Assembly (NCBI GenBank): GCA_964356285.1
Contig: CAYHGI010000002.1
Coordinates: 1 to 51,514, forward strand
From: an uncultured Candidatus Saccharibacteria bacterium
Lineage (GTDB): Bacteria; Patescibacteriota; Minisyncoccia; Phycocordibacterales; UBA9973
Length of the DNA stretch: 51,514 nucleotides
Reading direction: 5' to 3'
A program made the translations under genes and the position numbers. Each line of letters starts with the position of its first letter. Position 1 is the stretch's first letter. Below are positions 16,609 through 26,446 of this stretch, one piece after another. The notes beneath the pieces were generated by a model, which was not told the DNA's origin, did not search any database, and saw only the letters and a program-made list of their open reading frames with translations.

Positions 16609-17079
16609 GTGAAAAAAAATCCTTCAAAAAAACCCAAAAAGGTGGTAATGGTGAGCGGAGGATTTGACCCCGTGCATATAGGCCACGTGCGGATGTTTAA
16701 GGAAGCGAAAAAACTAGGTAATGAACTCGTGGTGGTTATTAATAATGATAATTGGCTACATTTTAAGAAAGGTTTTGCTTTTATGTCTGAAGCTGATAGG
16801 AAAGAAATTATAGAATCATTTGGGTCAGTTGACAGAGTGGTGCTTACTTCTCACGAACCAAATACAAATGACATCACAGTTTGTCGCGAGCTTGAGTTGC
16901 TCCGACCGCATATTTTTGCCAATGGAGGAGACCGCAAAGAAAATGTGCCGGTTCCAGAGTATGAAATTTGTAGACGTCTTGGTATTGAAATGGTTTTTAA
17001 TGTTGGTGGTGGTAAAGTTCGCAGTTCATCAGAATTAGTAAAGAAAGTATTAAAGAAAAAAGGTAAAAACAAAAAATAA
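16609..17079 (+). CDS. cytidylyltransferase-like nucleotidyltransferase (RfaE domain II / TagD-like)
   Basis: 'VSGGFDPVHIGHVRM' is the HxGH motif. GTG start as given by the track. Confidence 0.75.
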   Translation: MKKNPSKKPKKVVMVSGGFDPVHIGHVRMFKEAKKLGNELVVVINNDNWLHFKKGFAFMSEADRKEIIESFGSVDRVVLTSHEPNTNDITVCRELELLRPHIFANGGDRKENVPVPEYEICRRLGIEMVFNVGGGKVRSSSELVKKVLKKKGKNKK

Positions 17080-17080
17080 A

Positions 17081-18685
17081 ATGCTACCGAATCCTAAATT
17101 TTCTTCTCTTCGTTTTGGTACCAGCGGTATTCGCGCTCCAGTTGCAGATATGACCGATATGGAGTGTTATATCAATACTAGAGGATTTCTTCGATATCTT
17201 TTTTTCATAAAAGAAATTGAATCTGGTAGCCGCATCGCTATTGCCGGAGATTTGAGGTCCAGTACTCCGCGCATCATGAAAGCTGTCCATAAAGCTATAT
17301 CAGCCGCAGGGTGCAAGACCATTTATTGTGGTTTTTTACCTACTCCTACCCTAACCTATTATGCTTGGAAGAAGCATGTACCCGCCATAATGGTTACTGG
17401 TAGCCACATTCCTGAAGAACTAAATGGAATTAAATTTATTAAATCATCTGAAGAAGTACTGAAAAAAGATGAAAAAGATATACTATCGCATATTGCGATA
17501 GTTCGCGAAAAAGAATATTCAAAGAACGAATATGATTCACTTTTTGATTCTGATAGTGCTTTCAAACAATCCGTTGATTTACCCGACGCATTAGAAGAGA
17601 AAAAAGCTTTATTAGAGTTTCAAAAACGCTATACAAATATTTTTCCTCCTACCATATTAACCGGCAAAAAAATTGTTCTTTACGAACAATCTGCTGTTGG
17701 GCGTAGTCTTCTGAAAAATATTCTGATATCCCTCGGCGCAGAAGTGATTTGTTTTGGAAAGAGCGATAAATTCATTCCTATGGATACGGAGAAGATGCCC
17801 GATTCCGTAATAAATTTATTTAAGAAATTAGCGCAAGAGTTTCAGCCGTTTGCCATTGTTTCTACTGATGGGGATTCTGACCGTCCCGTGCTTGCTGACG
17901 AAAATGGATCTTTTCTTTCAGGAGATCTTCTCGGCACTCTCGTCTCTCTTTATCTTAAGCCCGATTTTGCTTCAATGCCGGTTACCTGCGACGATGCAGC
18001 TGTGGCTGTTCTGGAAAAATCACATATTAAAGTTGCCTTAACAAAAGTTGGTTCTCCGTATGTCATCGCTTCTATGAATGAAAATTTGGTTGAAAATCCG
18101 AATGCAAAAGTAGTCTCTTGGGAAAGAAACGGCGGCTATCTCTTGGGTAGTGATTTAATTGTGAATAATAAAGTGCTCAATTTACTTCCCACTCGCGATG
18201 CAATATTTCCTATTCTCATTGCTATTATTTTTAGTATAGAAGAAGGCGTTTCTTTGTCTGTTTTGATTGATTCTAAACTTCCTCACCGTTTTACTTTTTC
18301 CGATGCGATTAATAACAAAACCAAGGGTTGTGAATCTTATAGCATCAACCTTGGCAAAATCATTATAAACTCTTTTTCTCCAAAAGACTCCGGCGCAGTG
18401 AAACTGAGTTTTAGTTCAAAAAACATTAATCAAGAAGCAAGGAATATTAAATCACACTTAGAAAAATACTTTAATTCTACTTTAGGTTATTCCGAAATTG
18501 AATCGTTAGATTATCTTGATGGTATTCGTATTTCTTTTTCAGGCGGTGATATTGTGCATCTTCGTCCCTCGAGTAACGCTCCAGAATTTCGATTTTACGT
18601 TACCGCCGATACTAATGAGCGCAAGCACAAGCTTCTTGCCGACTGTTTTGTTATTATCCCTCTCATGATCTCTGATATTGTATAA
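17081..18685 (+). CDS. alpha-D-phosphohexomutase (phosphomannomutase/phosphoglucomutase family)
   Basis: Active-site serine loop 'VTGSHIP' and metal loop 'DGDSDRP'. 534 aa. Confidence 0.75.
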   Translation: MLPNPKFSSLRFGTSGIRAPVADMTDMECYINTRGFLRYLFFIKEIESGSRIAIAGDLRSSTPRIMKAVHKAISAAGCKTIYCGFLPTPTLTYYAWKKHVPAIMVTGSHIPEELNGIKFIKSSEEVLKKDEKDILSHIAIVREKEYSKNEYDSLFDSDSAFKQSVDLPDALEEKKALLEFQKRYTNIFPPTILTGKKIVLYEQSAVGRSLLKNILISLGAEVICFGKSDKFIPMDTEKMPDSVINLFKKLAQEFQPFAIVSTDGDSDRPVLADENGSFLSGDLLGTLVSLYLKPDFASMPVTCDDAAVAVLEKSHIKVALTKVGSPYVIASMNENLVENPNAKVVSWERNGGYLLGSDLIVNNKVLNLLPTRDAIFPILIAIIFSIEEGVSLSVLIDSKLPHRFTFSDAINNKTKGCESYSINLGKIIINSFSPKDSGAVKLSFSSKNINQEARNIKSHLEKYFNSTLGYSEIESLDYLDGIRISFSGGDIVHLRPSSNAPEFRFYVTADTNERKHKLLADCFVIIPLMISDIV

Positions 18686-18726
18686 TCCCGTTATTGGCTA
18701 AAAAGTTTTTTTGGTTGTATAATAAA

Positions 18727-19077
18727 ATGAGCATGAAAACCCTTGTTGTAAAAAAACCTTGGGGGCAATTTGACCAATTCACCCGAAGTGAAGTGACTAC
18801 GGTAAAGATTCTTTCAATTAACCCAAGTACTTATCTCAGTCTTCAATACCATAATCATCGAGATGAGTTTTGGCGTGTCATCTCCGGGCATCCAGTTTTA
18901 ACCATCGGCAAAAGGAAGATAAATGCAAATCCTGGAGATGAATTCGTGATTCCTAAAAAAGAGCTACATAGGATTGAAGCTGAAGCTGATCCTGTAGTTG
19001 TGCTCGAAATTTCTTATGATAACAATTTTGACGAAAACGACATCGTTAGATTAGAAGACAAATATGGCCGAACTTAA
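18727..19077 (+). CDS. mannose-6-phosphate isomerase type II C-terminal cupin-domain protein
   Basis: 'KPWGQFDQF...LSLQYHNHRDEFWRVISG...LHRIEA' is a cupin signature. ATG at 18727 is preferred over the TTG at 18694. Confidence 0.7.
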   Translation: MSMKTLVVKKPWGQFDQFTRSEVTTVKILSINPSTYLSLQYHNHRDEFWRVISGHPVLTIGKRKINANPGDEFVIPKKELHRIEAEADPVVVLEISYDNNFDENDIVRLEDKYGRT

Positions 19078-20248
19078 AAAGAAAAAAATAATAAAGTCAG
19101 GACGCTTAGATGGGTCAGGATCTCGAATCAAGAAATCTTTGATAAGAATTCAAAAAAATTCTAAGCGGGTAATTCATCGTACTCTTGCGGAAATTCAAAG
19201 AAGAAGGAGGGTAAAGCAAACCAGAAAAGTTACTGTTCTTGATTTAAAGAGATCAAGACATAATCCGATTATAGAGCCTACGCCCGAGCGATATTGGGAT
19301 TCGAAAGCCACGTTTAATCCAACTGCGTTTTACAAAGACGGTAAAGTACATATCATCTATCGGGCGATTGGGGAGTCTGATAATTCTGTTCTGGGATATG
19401 CAGAGAGCGATGACGGTTCGACTATCTCTCATAGATTCCCCATGCCTATTTATTTTCATTTCATGCGACAGAACAAAGATCGATTTTTGTCACCGATTTC
19501 TTACAGTTCGGGCGGAGGATGGGGCGGCGGTTGCGAAGATCCTAGGGTCACTCTTCTTGGAGACAAATTGTATATGATTTACACCGCTTTTGACGGATGG
19601 GGCTCCGTGCGCGTTGCTTTGACTTCCATCGGCTTGGATGATTTTATCGCTCGGCGTTTTGATTGGAAAAAACCGGTTCTAATTTCTCCACCCGGAGAGA
19701 TACATAAAAATTGGGTGCTTTTTCCGGAGAAAATTGGCGATAGGTACGCAATCTTACATAGCTTTGCCCCGAAAATCCTTGTTGAGTACTTTGACAGCTT
19801 GGATGAACTTGACGGGAAAAAATTTATAAAGAGTAATAACACCAGGCCCGTGGATCCAAGTCGGACCTGGGACAGCTGGTTCCGCGGAGTAGGTCCAAGT
19901 CCGATTAAAACCAAATATGGATGGCTGGTTATTTATCAGGCTATGGACTATCGCAATTCGGACAAATATAAACTTGGAGCCATGATTTTGGATATAAAGG
20001 ATCCAACTAAAATTTTATACCGTTCCAATCAGCCCATTCTCGAGCCGGATGAATGGTACGAAAATGAGGGTTTTAAATCCGGAGTGGTATATTCTTGCGG
20101 GGCAATCGTCAAGCAAGGTCAATTATTCGTTTATTACGGCGGGGCCGACAAAGTTTCTTGCGTAGCGACCGCTGATCTTGAAAAATTTTTAAAAGAGCTT
20201 ATTCATTCCAGCACTTCCAAACTAAAAAGTGAAAAGATTGAAAATTAA
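19064..20248 (+). CDS. GH130 family glycoside phosphorylase/hydrolase (beta-mannoside type) with a basic N-terminal extension
   Basis: 'RHNPIIEP', 'GCEDPRVT' and 'YYGGADK' motifs. ~60-aa Lys/Arg-rich N-terminus. Confidence 0.8.
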   Translation: MAELKKKKIIKSGRLDGSGSRIKKSLIRIQKNSKRVIHRTLAEIQRRRRVKQTRKVTVLDLKRSRHNPIIEPTPERYWDSKATFNPTAFYKDGKVHIIYRAIGESDNSVLGYAESDDGSTISHRFPMPIYFHFMRQNKDRFLSPISYSSGGGWGGGCEDPRVTLLGDKLYMIYTAFDGWGSVRVALTSIGLDDFIARRFDWKKPVLISPPGEIHKNWVLFPEKIGDRYAILHSFAPKILVEYFDSLDELDGKKFIKSNNTRPVDPSRTWDSWFRGVGPSPIKTKYGWLVIYQAMDYRNSDKYKLGAMILDIKDPTKILYRSNQPILEPDEWYENEGFKSGVVYSCGAIVKQGQLFVYYGGADKVSCVATADLEKFLKELIHSSTSKLKSEKIEN

Positions 20249-20253
20249 TTTAT

Positions 20254-20805
20254 ATGAAACTATTACGGAAAGTTAAGTCAATAGAAGTAAAAAGATGTTT
20301 CGTAATTTCAGACCTTGTAAAACAGAAGGATTTGCCTAAAGCAAAAAAAGTAATTTTATGGTTGCCAGAAGAAATGCTTGATTTAATAATCAAGGGAACA
20401 TTGATAAAACGCTTCAAAACTTATAATAAAATGCAATGGTATACTGGGATTGTTGAAACAAATGAAGTTGGGGTGTGGAAAAAAGCTGGTGGTTTGCCGC
20501 TGGCTTGGACCCGCGGTTCACTTCAAGAAACAGCGCATTTTGTCGAACAAATCCTTCAAAAAAATCCAAAAAAACTTTCTAAACGTTCTAGAACAGCCAT
20601 TCCCGGCATTTTAAAAAATTCTCTTTCTATAATTCAAAAAGAGAAATATTTATTTCCCATTATACTGCCAGGCGGCACTATGGGAAGAAAAGGTCTTAAA
20701 AAAATGAAAGGCGACATCGACGATGGTTGTATGCGTGCTATTGCGCTTGCGGTAAGTGGAAACAAAACAGTTAAAGCATATATTGGTAAGATAAATAAAA
20801 AATAA
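20254..20805 (+). CDS. hypothetical protein
   Basis: 183-aa ORF between the two GH130 genes. 'DIDDGCMRAIALA' is faintly ParB/Srx-like (DGxHR). Not assigned. Confidence 0.5.
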   Translation: MKLLRKVKSIEVKRCFVISDLVKQKDLPKAKKVILWLPEEMLDLIIKGTLIKRFKTYNKMQWYTGIVETNEVGVWKKAGGLPLAWTRGSLQETAHFVEQILQKNPKKLSKRSRTAIPGILKNSLSIIQKEKYLFPIILPGGTMGRKGLKKMKGDIDDGCMRAIALAVSGNKTVKAYIGKINKK

Positions 20806-20809
20806 TTTT

Positions 20810-22747
20810 ATGTTTGTTGTAAAAAGATCGCATCACAATCCAATTCTTGTTCCGGACAAAGACCATTACTGGGAAGCCTTTGCCACTTTTAATATGAGCG
20901 TGGTAAAAAAGGGCAAAATGTTTTACGGCGTTTATCGCGCTATATCCGCCGTGGATAAATTACGTACCCCAGAGAGGATTTCGATAATAGGTATCGGCCA
21001 AAGTAAAGATGGCAAAGATTTTGAAAAACGCGCGCCTTTTATCACACCGCAAGAAGAATGGGAAAAATACGGCTGTGAAGATCCCCGCATCACTTATTTT
21101 GAGGGAAATTATTATGTATTTTATACAGCGCTTTCAAGATATCCGTTTAAAGCGAGCGGGATCAAGGTTGCGGTTGCTGTTTCCAAAAATCTAAAAAAAA
21201 TAAAAGAGCGGCATTTGGTAACATCCTTCAATGCCAAAGCGATGACACTTTTTCCGGAGCGGATAAACGGAAAGGTAACCGTGATTTTATCGGTCAACAC
21301 AGACATGCCTCCTGCAAAAATTGCTATAGCGCAAGTGGATAATATAGAAGAGTTATGGAATCCTTCGTTTTGGGAAAAATGGTACAAAGAGATAGACCAA
21401 CATGTCATCGATCTGAAGAGATTTCCATATGATCACATCGAAGTCGGCGCTACGCCTGTAAAAACTTCTGAAGGCTATCTCCTCGTTTACTCTCATATTC
21501 AAAACTATTTTTCTTCTCCGGAAAATTTTAGTCGTATTTTTGGGGTCGAGGCGGTAATTTTAGATTTCAATAATCCGCTTAAAATTATCGGGCGCACCCG
21601 AGGTCCCTTGCTCGTTCCATCAGAATCGTACGAACTTCTGGGTCATGTTCCAGATGTTGTTTTTCCGACCGGCGCGATTATAAATAAAAACATTCTTACC
21701 GTATATTACGGGGCGACTGATATGACCGTGTGTATGGCTCACGTGAATCTGACGGATCTTATGGGCACGATACTTCCCCAGACCGATACTCGCTGGCATC
21801 TCAAGCGTTCTCTTCAAAATCCGATAATTACGCCCATCAAAACGCATGCCTGGGAAGCGAAAGCGACATTTAATCCGGCTGCTTTGCGTATAGGCAATAC
21901 GACGCATTTACTATACCGGACACTTTCCGACGACAATACTTCTTACATTGGTTATGCTTCAACCAAGGATGGCATTACCATAGACGAGAGATTGTCGGAG
22001 CCGGTATATGTTCCGAAAGAGGACTTTGAATTAAAAAAAGTTGCCGGAAGAAATTCGGGCTGTGAAGATCCTCGGCTGACTAAAATAGGGAAAGTTATTT
22101 ATATGTGCTATACGGCGTTTGACGGTGTTAATCGTCCGAAAGTTGCCATTACTTCCATAACCGAGAAAAATTTTCTTGAGAGAAAATGGAAATGGGAAAA
22201 ACCGGTTGTTATTACGCCACCCGATTTTGACGAAAAGGATGCTTGCATCTTTCCAGTCAAAGACAGGGGGGAGTATTTTATTTTGCATAGAGTGGGAGAT
22301 GAAATATGCGGAGATTATTTCAAAACTTTAAATTTCAAACTAGAAACCGTCAATAAATGTATTAATATCATAGGACCTCGAATAAACAGCTGGGACTCCG
22401 CGAAGGTTGGCATCTCGGCGCCGCCGATAAAAACAAAAAAGGGCTGGCTGCTCTTGTATCATGGAGTTTCCAAAAGCCATACCACTTATCGTATTGGAGC
22501 GATTCTGCTCGATCTAAAAGATCCGACGATAGTGATTTCCCGCACCGCTGATCCGATATTCGAGCCTAAAGAACCATACGAAAAAGTCGGGATCATTAAT
22601 AATGTTGTTTTTCCCTGCGGGATGACGGAAAAAGACGGACTGCTTTATATTTACTACGGCGGCGCCGACACGGTCGTCGGAGTGGCCACAATAGAACTGG
22701 AGGTTGTTTTGAAAGCTTTGACGAGAGATCTAAAAAAGAAAAAATAA
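20810..22747 (+). CDS. tandem (double) GH130 domain protein
   Basis: Two complete GH130 units: 'HHNPILVP...GCEDPRITY...YYGATD' and 'LQNPIITP...GCEDPRLTK...YYGGADT'. Confidence 0.8.
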   Translation: MFVVKRSHHNPILVPDKDHYWEAFATFNMSVVKKGKMFYGVYRAISAVDKLRTPERISIIGIGQSKDGKDFEKRAPFITPQEEWEKYGCEDPRITYFEGNYYVFYTALSRYPFKASGIKVAVAVSKNLKKIKERHLVTSFNAKAMTLFPERINGKVTVILSVNTDMPPAKIAIAQVDNIEELWNPSFWEKWYKEIDQHVIDLKRFPYDHIEVGATPVKTSEGYLLVYSHIQNYFSSPENFSRIFGVEAVILDFNNPLKIIGRTRGPLLVPSESYELLGHVPDVVFPTGAIINKNILTVYYGATDMTVCMAHVNLTDLMGTILPQTDTRWHLKRSLQNPIITPIKTHAWEAKATFNPAALRIGNTTHLLYRTLSDDNTSYIGYASTKDGITIDERLSEPVYVPKEDFELKKVAGRNSGCEDPRLTKIGKVIYMCYTAFDGVNRPKVAITSITEKNFLERKWKWEKPVVITPPDFDEKDACIFPVKDRGEYFILHRVGDEICGDYFKTLNFKLETVNKCINIIGPRINSWDSAKVGISAPPIKTKKGWLLLYHGVSKSHTTYRIGAILLDLKDPTIVISRTADPIFEPKEPYEKVGIINNVVFPCGMTEKDGLLYIYYGGADTVVGVATIELEVVLKALTRDLKKKK

Positions 22748-23104
22748 TTATATCTTAATTCCCAATCTTTCTAAATCCTCCTTGCCCCATATACCAGTCA
22801 GGGTATTTACGATGATTCCTCCCATGAATGATATTCTGGTTGAATTTTCTGATTCCGTTGTATCTTTTCTATATTTTTCTAGATCTTCTCGTGTAATTGA
22901 TCCCTTTGTGTAATTTTTTATTCTATACCACATCTTTGCATCTTTCTCATTTAAGTCATTCAAATCCATTGCGATCTCTCTTAGAATATTTTGTCGTTCG
23001 GCAATAAGTGCTGCTATTTCTGCACGAAAAGCTTTCATATCGATTGGTTTTTTGGCTTCAACATTGCCCGGTTGGGGCGACATATCCGGTGACATAGATT
23101 CCAT
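22748..23104 (-). CDS. hypothetical protein
   Basis: ORF trimmed to the ATG at 23104 (MESMSPDM...) so that it does not overlap the hpf start. Confidence 0.45.
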   Translation of the reverse strand: MESMSPDMSPQPGNVEAKKPIDMKAFRAEIAALIAERQNILREIAMDLNDLNEKDAKMWYRIKNYTKGSITREDLEKYRKDTTESENSTRISFMGGIIVNTLTGIWGKEDLERLGIKI

Positions 23105-23110
23105 TGTATA

Positions 23111-23119
23111 TGATATAAT
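23111..23119 (+). promoter_or_regulatory. extended -10 (TGaTATAAT) 6 nt before the hpf ATG
   Basis: TATAAT at 23114-23119, ATG at 23126. Confidence 0.45.
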
Positions 23120-23125
23120 AAACGT

Positions 23126-23524
23126 ATGCAAATAAATTTACAGGGTAAAAATATCGAGCTGACGGAGAATGTTAAGAATTATGTTTCTAAAAGAGTGACC
23201 AATTTAGGCAAATTGCTTTCCAGAATTGAGGAAGAGGGAGGGAAAGTGATGGTAAATATGGATTTGAGTAGATCCACCCAACACCACAAATCGGGCGAAA
23301 TTTTTCACGCGGATTGTTTAGTTAAAATAGACGGAAAAGAATTTTATTCCAGCGCCGACAAGGAGGATTTGTATCAAGCGATAGATACCATCAAAGATAG
23401 TCTTTACAATGAAATAAATAAAAACAAAGACCGTTCACAGACTCTCCTGTATCGCGGCGCTCGCAGTATCAAAAAAATGCTGAAAGGACTTTCTAAAAGG
23501 AATCCTTTCACTTCCAAATACTAA
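23126..23524 (+). CDS. hpf: ribosome hibernation promoting factor / RaiA family
   Basis: 'MQINLQGKNIELTENVKNYVSKRV' is a typical HPF N-terminus. The stop overlaps the convergent fmt stop (23521-23524). Confidence 0.8.
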   Translation: MQINLQGKNIELTENVKNYVSKRVTNLGKLLSRIEEEGGKVMVNMDLSRSTQHHKSGEIFHADCLVKIDGKEFYSSADKEDLYQAIDTIKDSLYNEINKNKDRSQTLLYRGARSIKKMLKGLSKRNPFTSKY

Positions 23525-24492
23525 TCTACGCTATAGCGTAGATTGAAATCTTTCCAGTCAATCTCTTTCTTGCTTTCTGGGAGGACTTTTTTGATTGCAA
23601 ACTGGTTGTTTGCAAGTTCTGCATCGGTGATAATGATTCTTTTTGTTTGAAACCCGCCTTCGCCAAGACTTCGTCGGGCAAGGAAAAAAGTTCTGGGCCA
23701 AGAGGCGTAAGCTCTGAATTTGTTGTAATTTTTTACAGCATTATCAGTTAAATCTATCAATCCATCTTCTTTTTTTATTTTCTTGCAGTAAGTGGCTTTT
23801 TTTTCATCTTGTTCTTCTCCCCCTGCGAAGGGGGAGTGGCCGAAGGCCGAGGGGGTCTGTAATAATTTCACCAAAAGATCCCCGCCTATTTTTACCAGAC
23901 GCTTGCGTAAGTCCGGTGTTTTTTCGTCTGGCAAAATGGAAACTTTTTCTTGCGCGATAATCGGTCCGGAATCCAATTCGAACTTCATTTTTTGAATAGT
24001 AACGCCTGTTTCACTATCGCCATTTAATATTGCCGATTCGACTGGCGAAGCTCCGCGATATTTGGGCAGGAGGGAATAATGGATATTGAGCGAACCCAGC
24101 TTCGGCATGTTCAGTATCTCTTCCGGTATTATTTTTCCGTAAGCGACAACCAAAAAGAAATCTGGAATATTTTGCTCACCACGAAAATTTTCTGCTGAAA
24201 ATTTTCTCTGTCCGTCGTCGCCACTCCTCCCAAGGGTTCTCAAAACATCCCAGATTTCTTTTTGGTCTAGTTTTTCTGGCTTCAGGCAAGGGATGCTGTT
24301 TTTTTCCGCAAAGAGAGAAGTCGGGGAGGCTTGCATGCGCATTCCTCTGCCTTTCTTAGCATCGGGAGATGTTACTATTAAAGACGGCAAAAATCCGTTT
24401 TTTTTCAAAATTTCAAGCGTTTCGCTTGCCACCTCTGGCGTTCCCCAAAATACAAAATTTATTTTATTCATAAAGCTTTCAGCTAAAAGCAA
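23521..24492 (-). CDS. fmt: methionyl-tRNA formyltransferase
   Basis: 'FWGTPEVASETL' and 'HYSLLPKYRGASPVESAI'. Contains extra segments (see findings). Confidence 0.85.
   Translation of the reverse strand: MLLAESFMNKINFVFWGTPEVASETLEILKKNGFLPSLIVTSPDAKKGRGMRMQASPTSLFAEKNSIPCLKPEKLDQKEIWDVLRTLGRSGDDGQRKFSAENFRGEQNIPDFFLVVAYGKIIPEEILNMPKLGSLNIHYSLLPKYRGASPVESAILNGDSETGVTIQKMKFELDSGPIIAQEKVSILPDEKTPDLRKRLVKIGGDLLVKLLQTPSAFGHSPFAGGEEQDEKKATYCKKIKKEDGLIDLTDNAVKNYNKFRAYASWPRTFFLARRSLGEGGFQTKRIIITDAELANNQFAIKKVLPESKKEIDWKDFNLRYSVD
23815..23860. repeat. GC-rich double-hairpin segment inside fmt
   Basis: CTCCCCC-TGCGAA-GGGGGAG (23817-23836) and GGCC-GAA-GGCC (23838-23848). Encodes 'TPSAFGHSPFAGGEE' on the minus strand. 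Confidence 0.55.
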
Positions 24493-24502
24493 AACCTATA
24501 AA

Positions 24503-25087
24503 CTATTTCTGCGGAACTTCCGCTTTTACATCTTTAGCATGATCAATGAAAAGTATGCCATCCAGATGGTCCGTTTCATGCTGGAAAATTTGCGCTAACA
24601 GTCCCGACGCGCCTCTAGTAAATTTTTTGCCGTTTTCATCATAAGCTATAACGGTTGCTTTGGTGGACCTAAAAGTTTTGCCATAAAGTGGGCGCACGGA
24701 AAGACAGCCTTCTGGCATCCATTCTTTTTCCCGGGAAAGTTTGGAGATTTTTGGATTTATGAAAATAAGATCTTTAATTTTTTCTTTTGTTTCGACTTTT
24801 CCCACAATATTATTTTCATTTAGTAATATTTCTTCTCTACCTTTGAATTTTTCTTCTCTTTTTTGGGAAAAATCTTTTGCAAATATTTTACCAGAGACAA
24901 TAAAAATGCGTAAAGAGTATCCAATTTGCGGCGCCGCGACGGCAACACCATCATCTTGACTTTTCAGCGCTTCAGACATTTCTTTCAATATCTTTTTTAT
25001 TTTAGTTGTTTTTATATCGCGCGCAGGCACTTCTTTCGCTATAGTTCGTAGCCTTTTTTCTTTTTTTTGCAAAATTTTTTTTAGCAT
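24503..25087 (-). CDS. def: peptide deformylase
   Basis: 'EGCLS' and 'QHETDHLDG' motifs. ~35-aa AT-rich extra loop (FSQKREEKFKGREEILLNENNIVGKVETKEK). Confidence 0.85.
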   Translation of the reverse strand: MLKKILQKKEKRLRTIAKEVPARDIKTTKIKKILKEMSEALKSQDDGVAVAAPQIGYSLRIFIVSGKIFAKDFSQKREEKFKGREEILLNENNIVGKVETKEKIKDLIFINPKISKLSREKEWMPEGCLSVRPLYGKTFRSTKATVIAYDENGKKFTRGASGLLAQIFQHETDHLDGILFIDHAKDVKAEVPQK

Positions 25088-25130
25088 TGTGTTTTAACAG
25101 TTCCTAGAACCCAATATCTAAAACCCGGTT

Positions 25131-26432
25131 CTACTTAAGTTCTTTTAGATATTCTAAAAGTTTCGGCAATTTTACTGTTTCTTGAGATCTGGTGCTCATA
25201 TCTCGCACTATGACGGCATTATCCAGCGCCTCTTTAACTCCAAAAATAAGCACATAAGGAATAGCCAGTTTCTCCGCAATTGCCAACTGAGAACCCAGGC
25301 TGTCTTTAGAAAGAGATTGGGCGATTGGTATATGCGCCTTACGAAGGATTTCAATGATATTTAAGCTTTTTAATTTTGCTTCCGAACCAAGTTGGATGAA
25401 ATAAATTTTTGGTTTTTTTAATATGCGAGGCGCAAGTTTTTTATACCAAGGCGCGGCGACGATTCTATCTACACCTATGGAAACTCCCACCGCCGGAACA
25501 TCTTTCTTGCCTCCAATTTGACGAGCTAAATAATCATAACGTCCGCCGCCCGCCAGAGCCATTGGCGCATCATTTTCCATCTCTCCCTGTCCTGTAATCT
25601 CAAAAACAGTGCGAGTATAATAGGAAAGTCCGCGCACTAAGTTTTTATTTATATTGTAAGCTATATTCATTTCTTCCAGATATTCCAATACTTCTTTGAA
25701 ATGTTTTTTGCAAGCAGGACAGAGAAAAGAAATCGAGTCCGGCGCGCTCTCATTTATTTCTTTTGTTTTTTCCTCTTTAGAGTCTAATATGCGAAGCGGA
25801 TTTATCTTCAAGCGTTCCCGGTCCACGCTTGGAAGTTGATTGATGTGTTTTTTATAATAACTTGTGAGTTCTTTGATGTATCCATTTCGACATTCTTTAT
25901 CGCCGATAGAATTAATGTCAATCGAGAGATTCTCCGCCCCTGCTTCTTCCAAGATGTTCATGCAAGTTTTAATTACTATCGCATCCATAATGCTTTTTTC
26001 ACTTCCTAATGCATCCACATCAAATTGCCAAAATTGTCGGTAACGTCCGCGCTGGGGTTTGTCGTGTCTAAAAACCGGACCAGAATGATAAAACATCACT
26101 GGCTGAGGCATTGTTTGCATTCCGTGTTCAATATAAGCGCGCATCAATGGCGCGGTGTGTTCTGGTCGAAGCGCTAAGTGGTCTCCACCTTTGGTTTTTA
26201 AAGTATACATTTCCTTATCTACGATATCTGTGCCTTTACCTATACTACTGGTAATAATTTCTTCTTGTTCCAGCATTGGAGTTTCAATCGGTTTAAAACC
26301 ATAATACACCGCCACCTCTTGCGCCTTTTCAAAAAAACCCTGGAAGGAATAATATTCTTCATTCATTAGGTCTCTCATTCCTTTTGGAGAGGTAATTTCT
26401 TGAGATCTATTCTTGATTGTTATTTTTTTCAT
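25131..26432 (-). CDS. hisS: histidine--tRNA ligase
   Basis: 'PKGMRDL' and 'FRHDKPQRGRYRQFWQFD'. Start set to the ATG at 26432 (MKKITIK...). Confidence 0.9.
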   Translation of the reverse strand: MKKITIKNRSQEITSPKGMRDLMNEEYYSFQGFFEKAQEVAVYYGFKPIETPMLEQEEIITSSIGKGTDIVDKEMYTLKTKGGDHLALRPEHTAPLMRAYIEHGMQTMPQPVMFYHSGPVFRHDKPQRGRYRQFWQFDVDALGSEKSIMDAIVIKTCMNILEEAGAENLSIDINSIGDKECRNGYIKELTSYYKKHINQLPSVDRERLKINPLRILDSKEEKTKEINESAPDSISFLCPACKKHFKEVLEYLEEMNIAYNINKNLVRGLSYYTRTVFEITGQGEMENDAPMALAGGGRYDYLARQIGGKKDVPAVGVSIGVDRIVAAPWYKKLAPRILKKPKIYFIQLGSEAKLKSLNIIEILRKAHIPIAQSLSKDSLGSQLAIAEKLAIPYVLIFGVKEALDNAVIVRDMSTRSQETVKLPKLLEYLKELK

Positions 26433-26446
26433 GCTTTTACTTTCAT

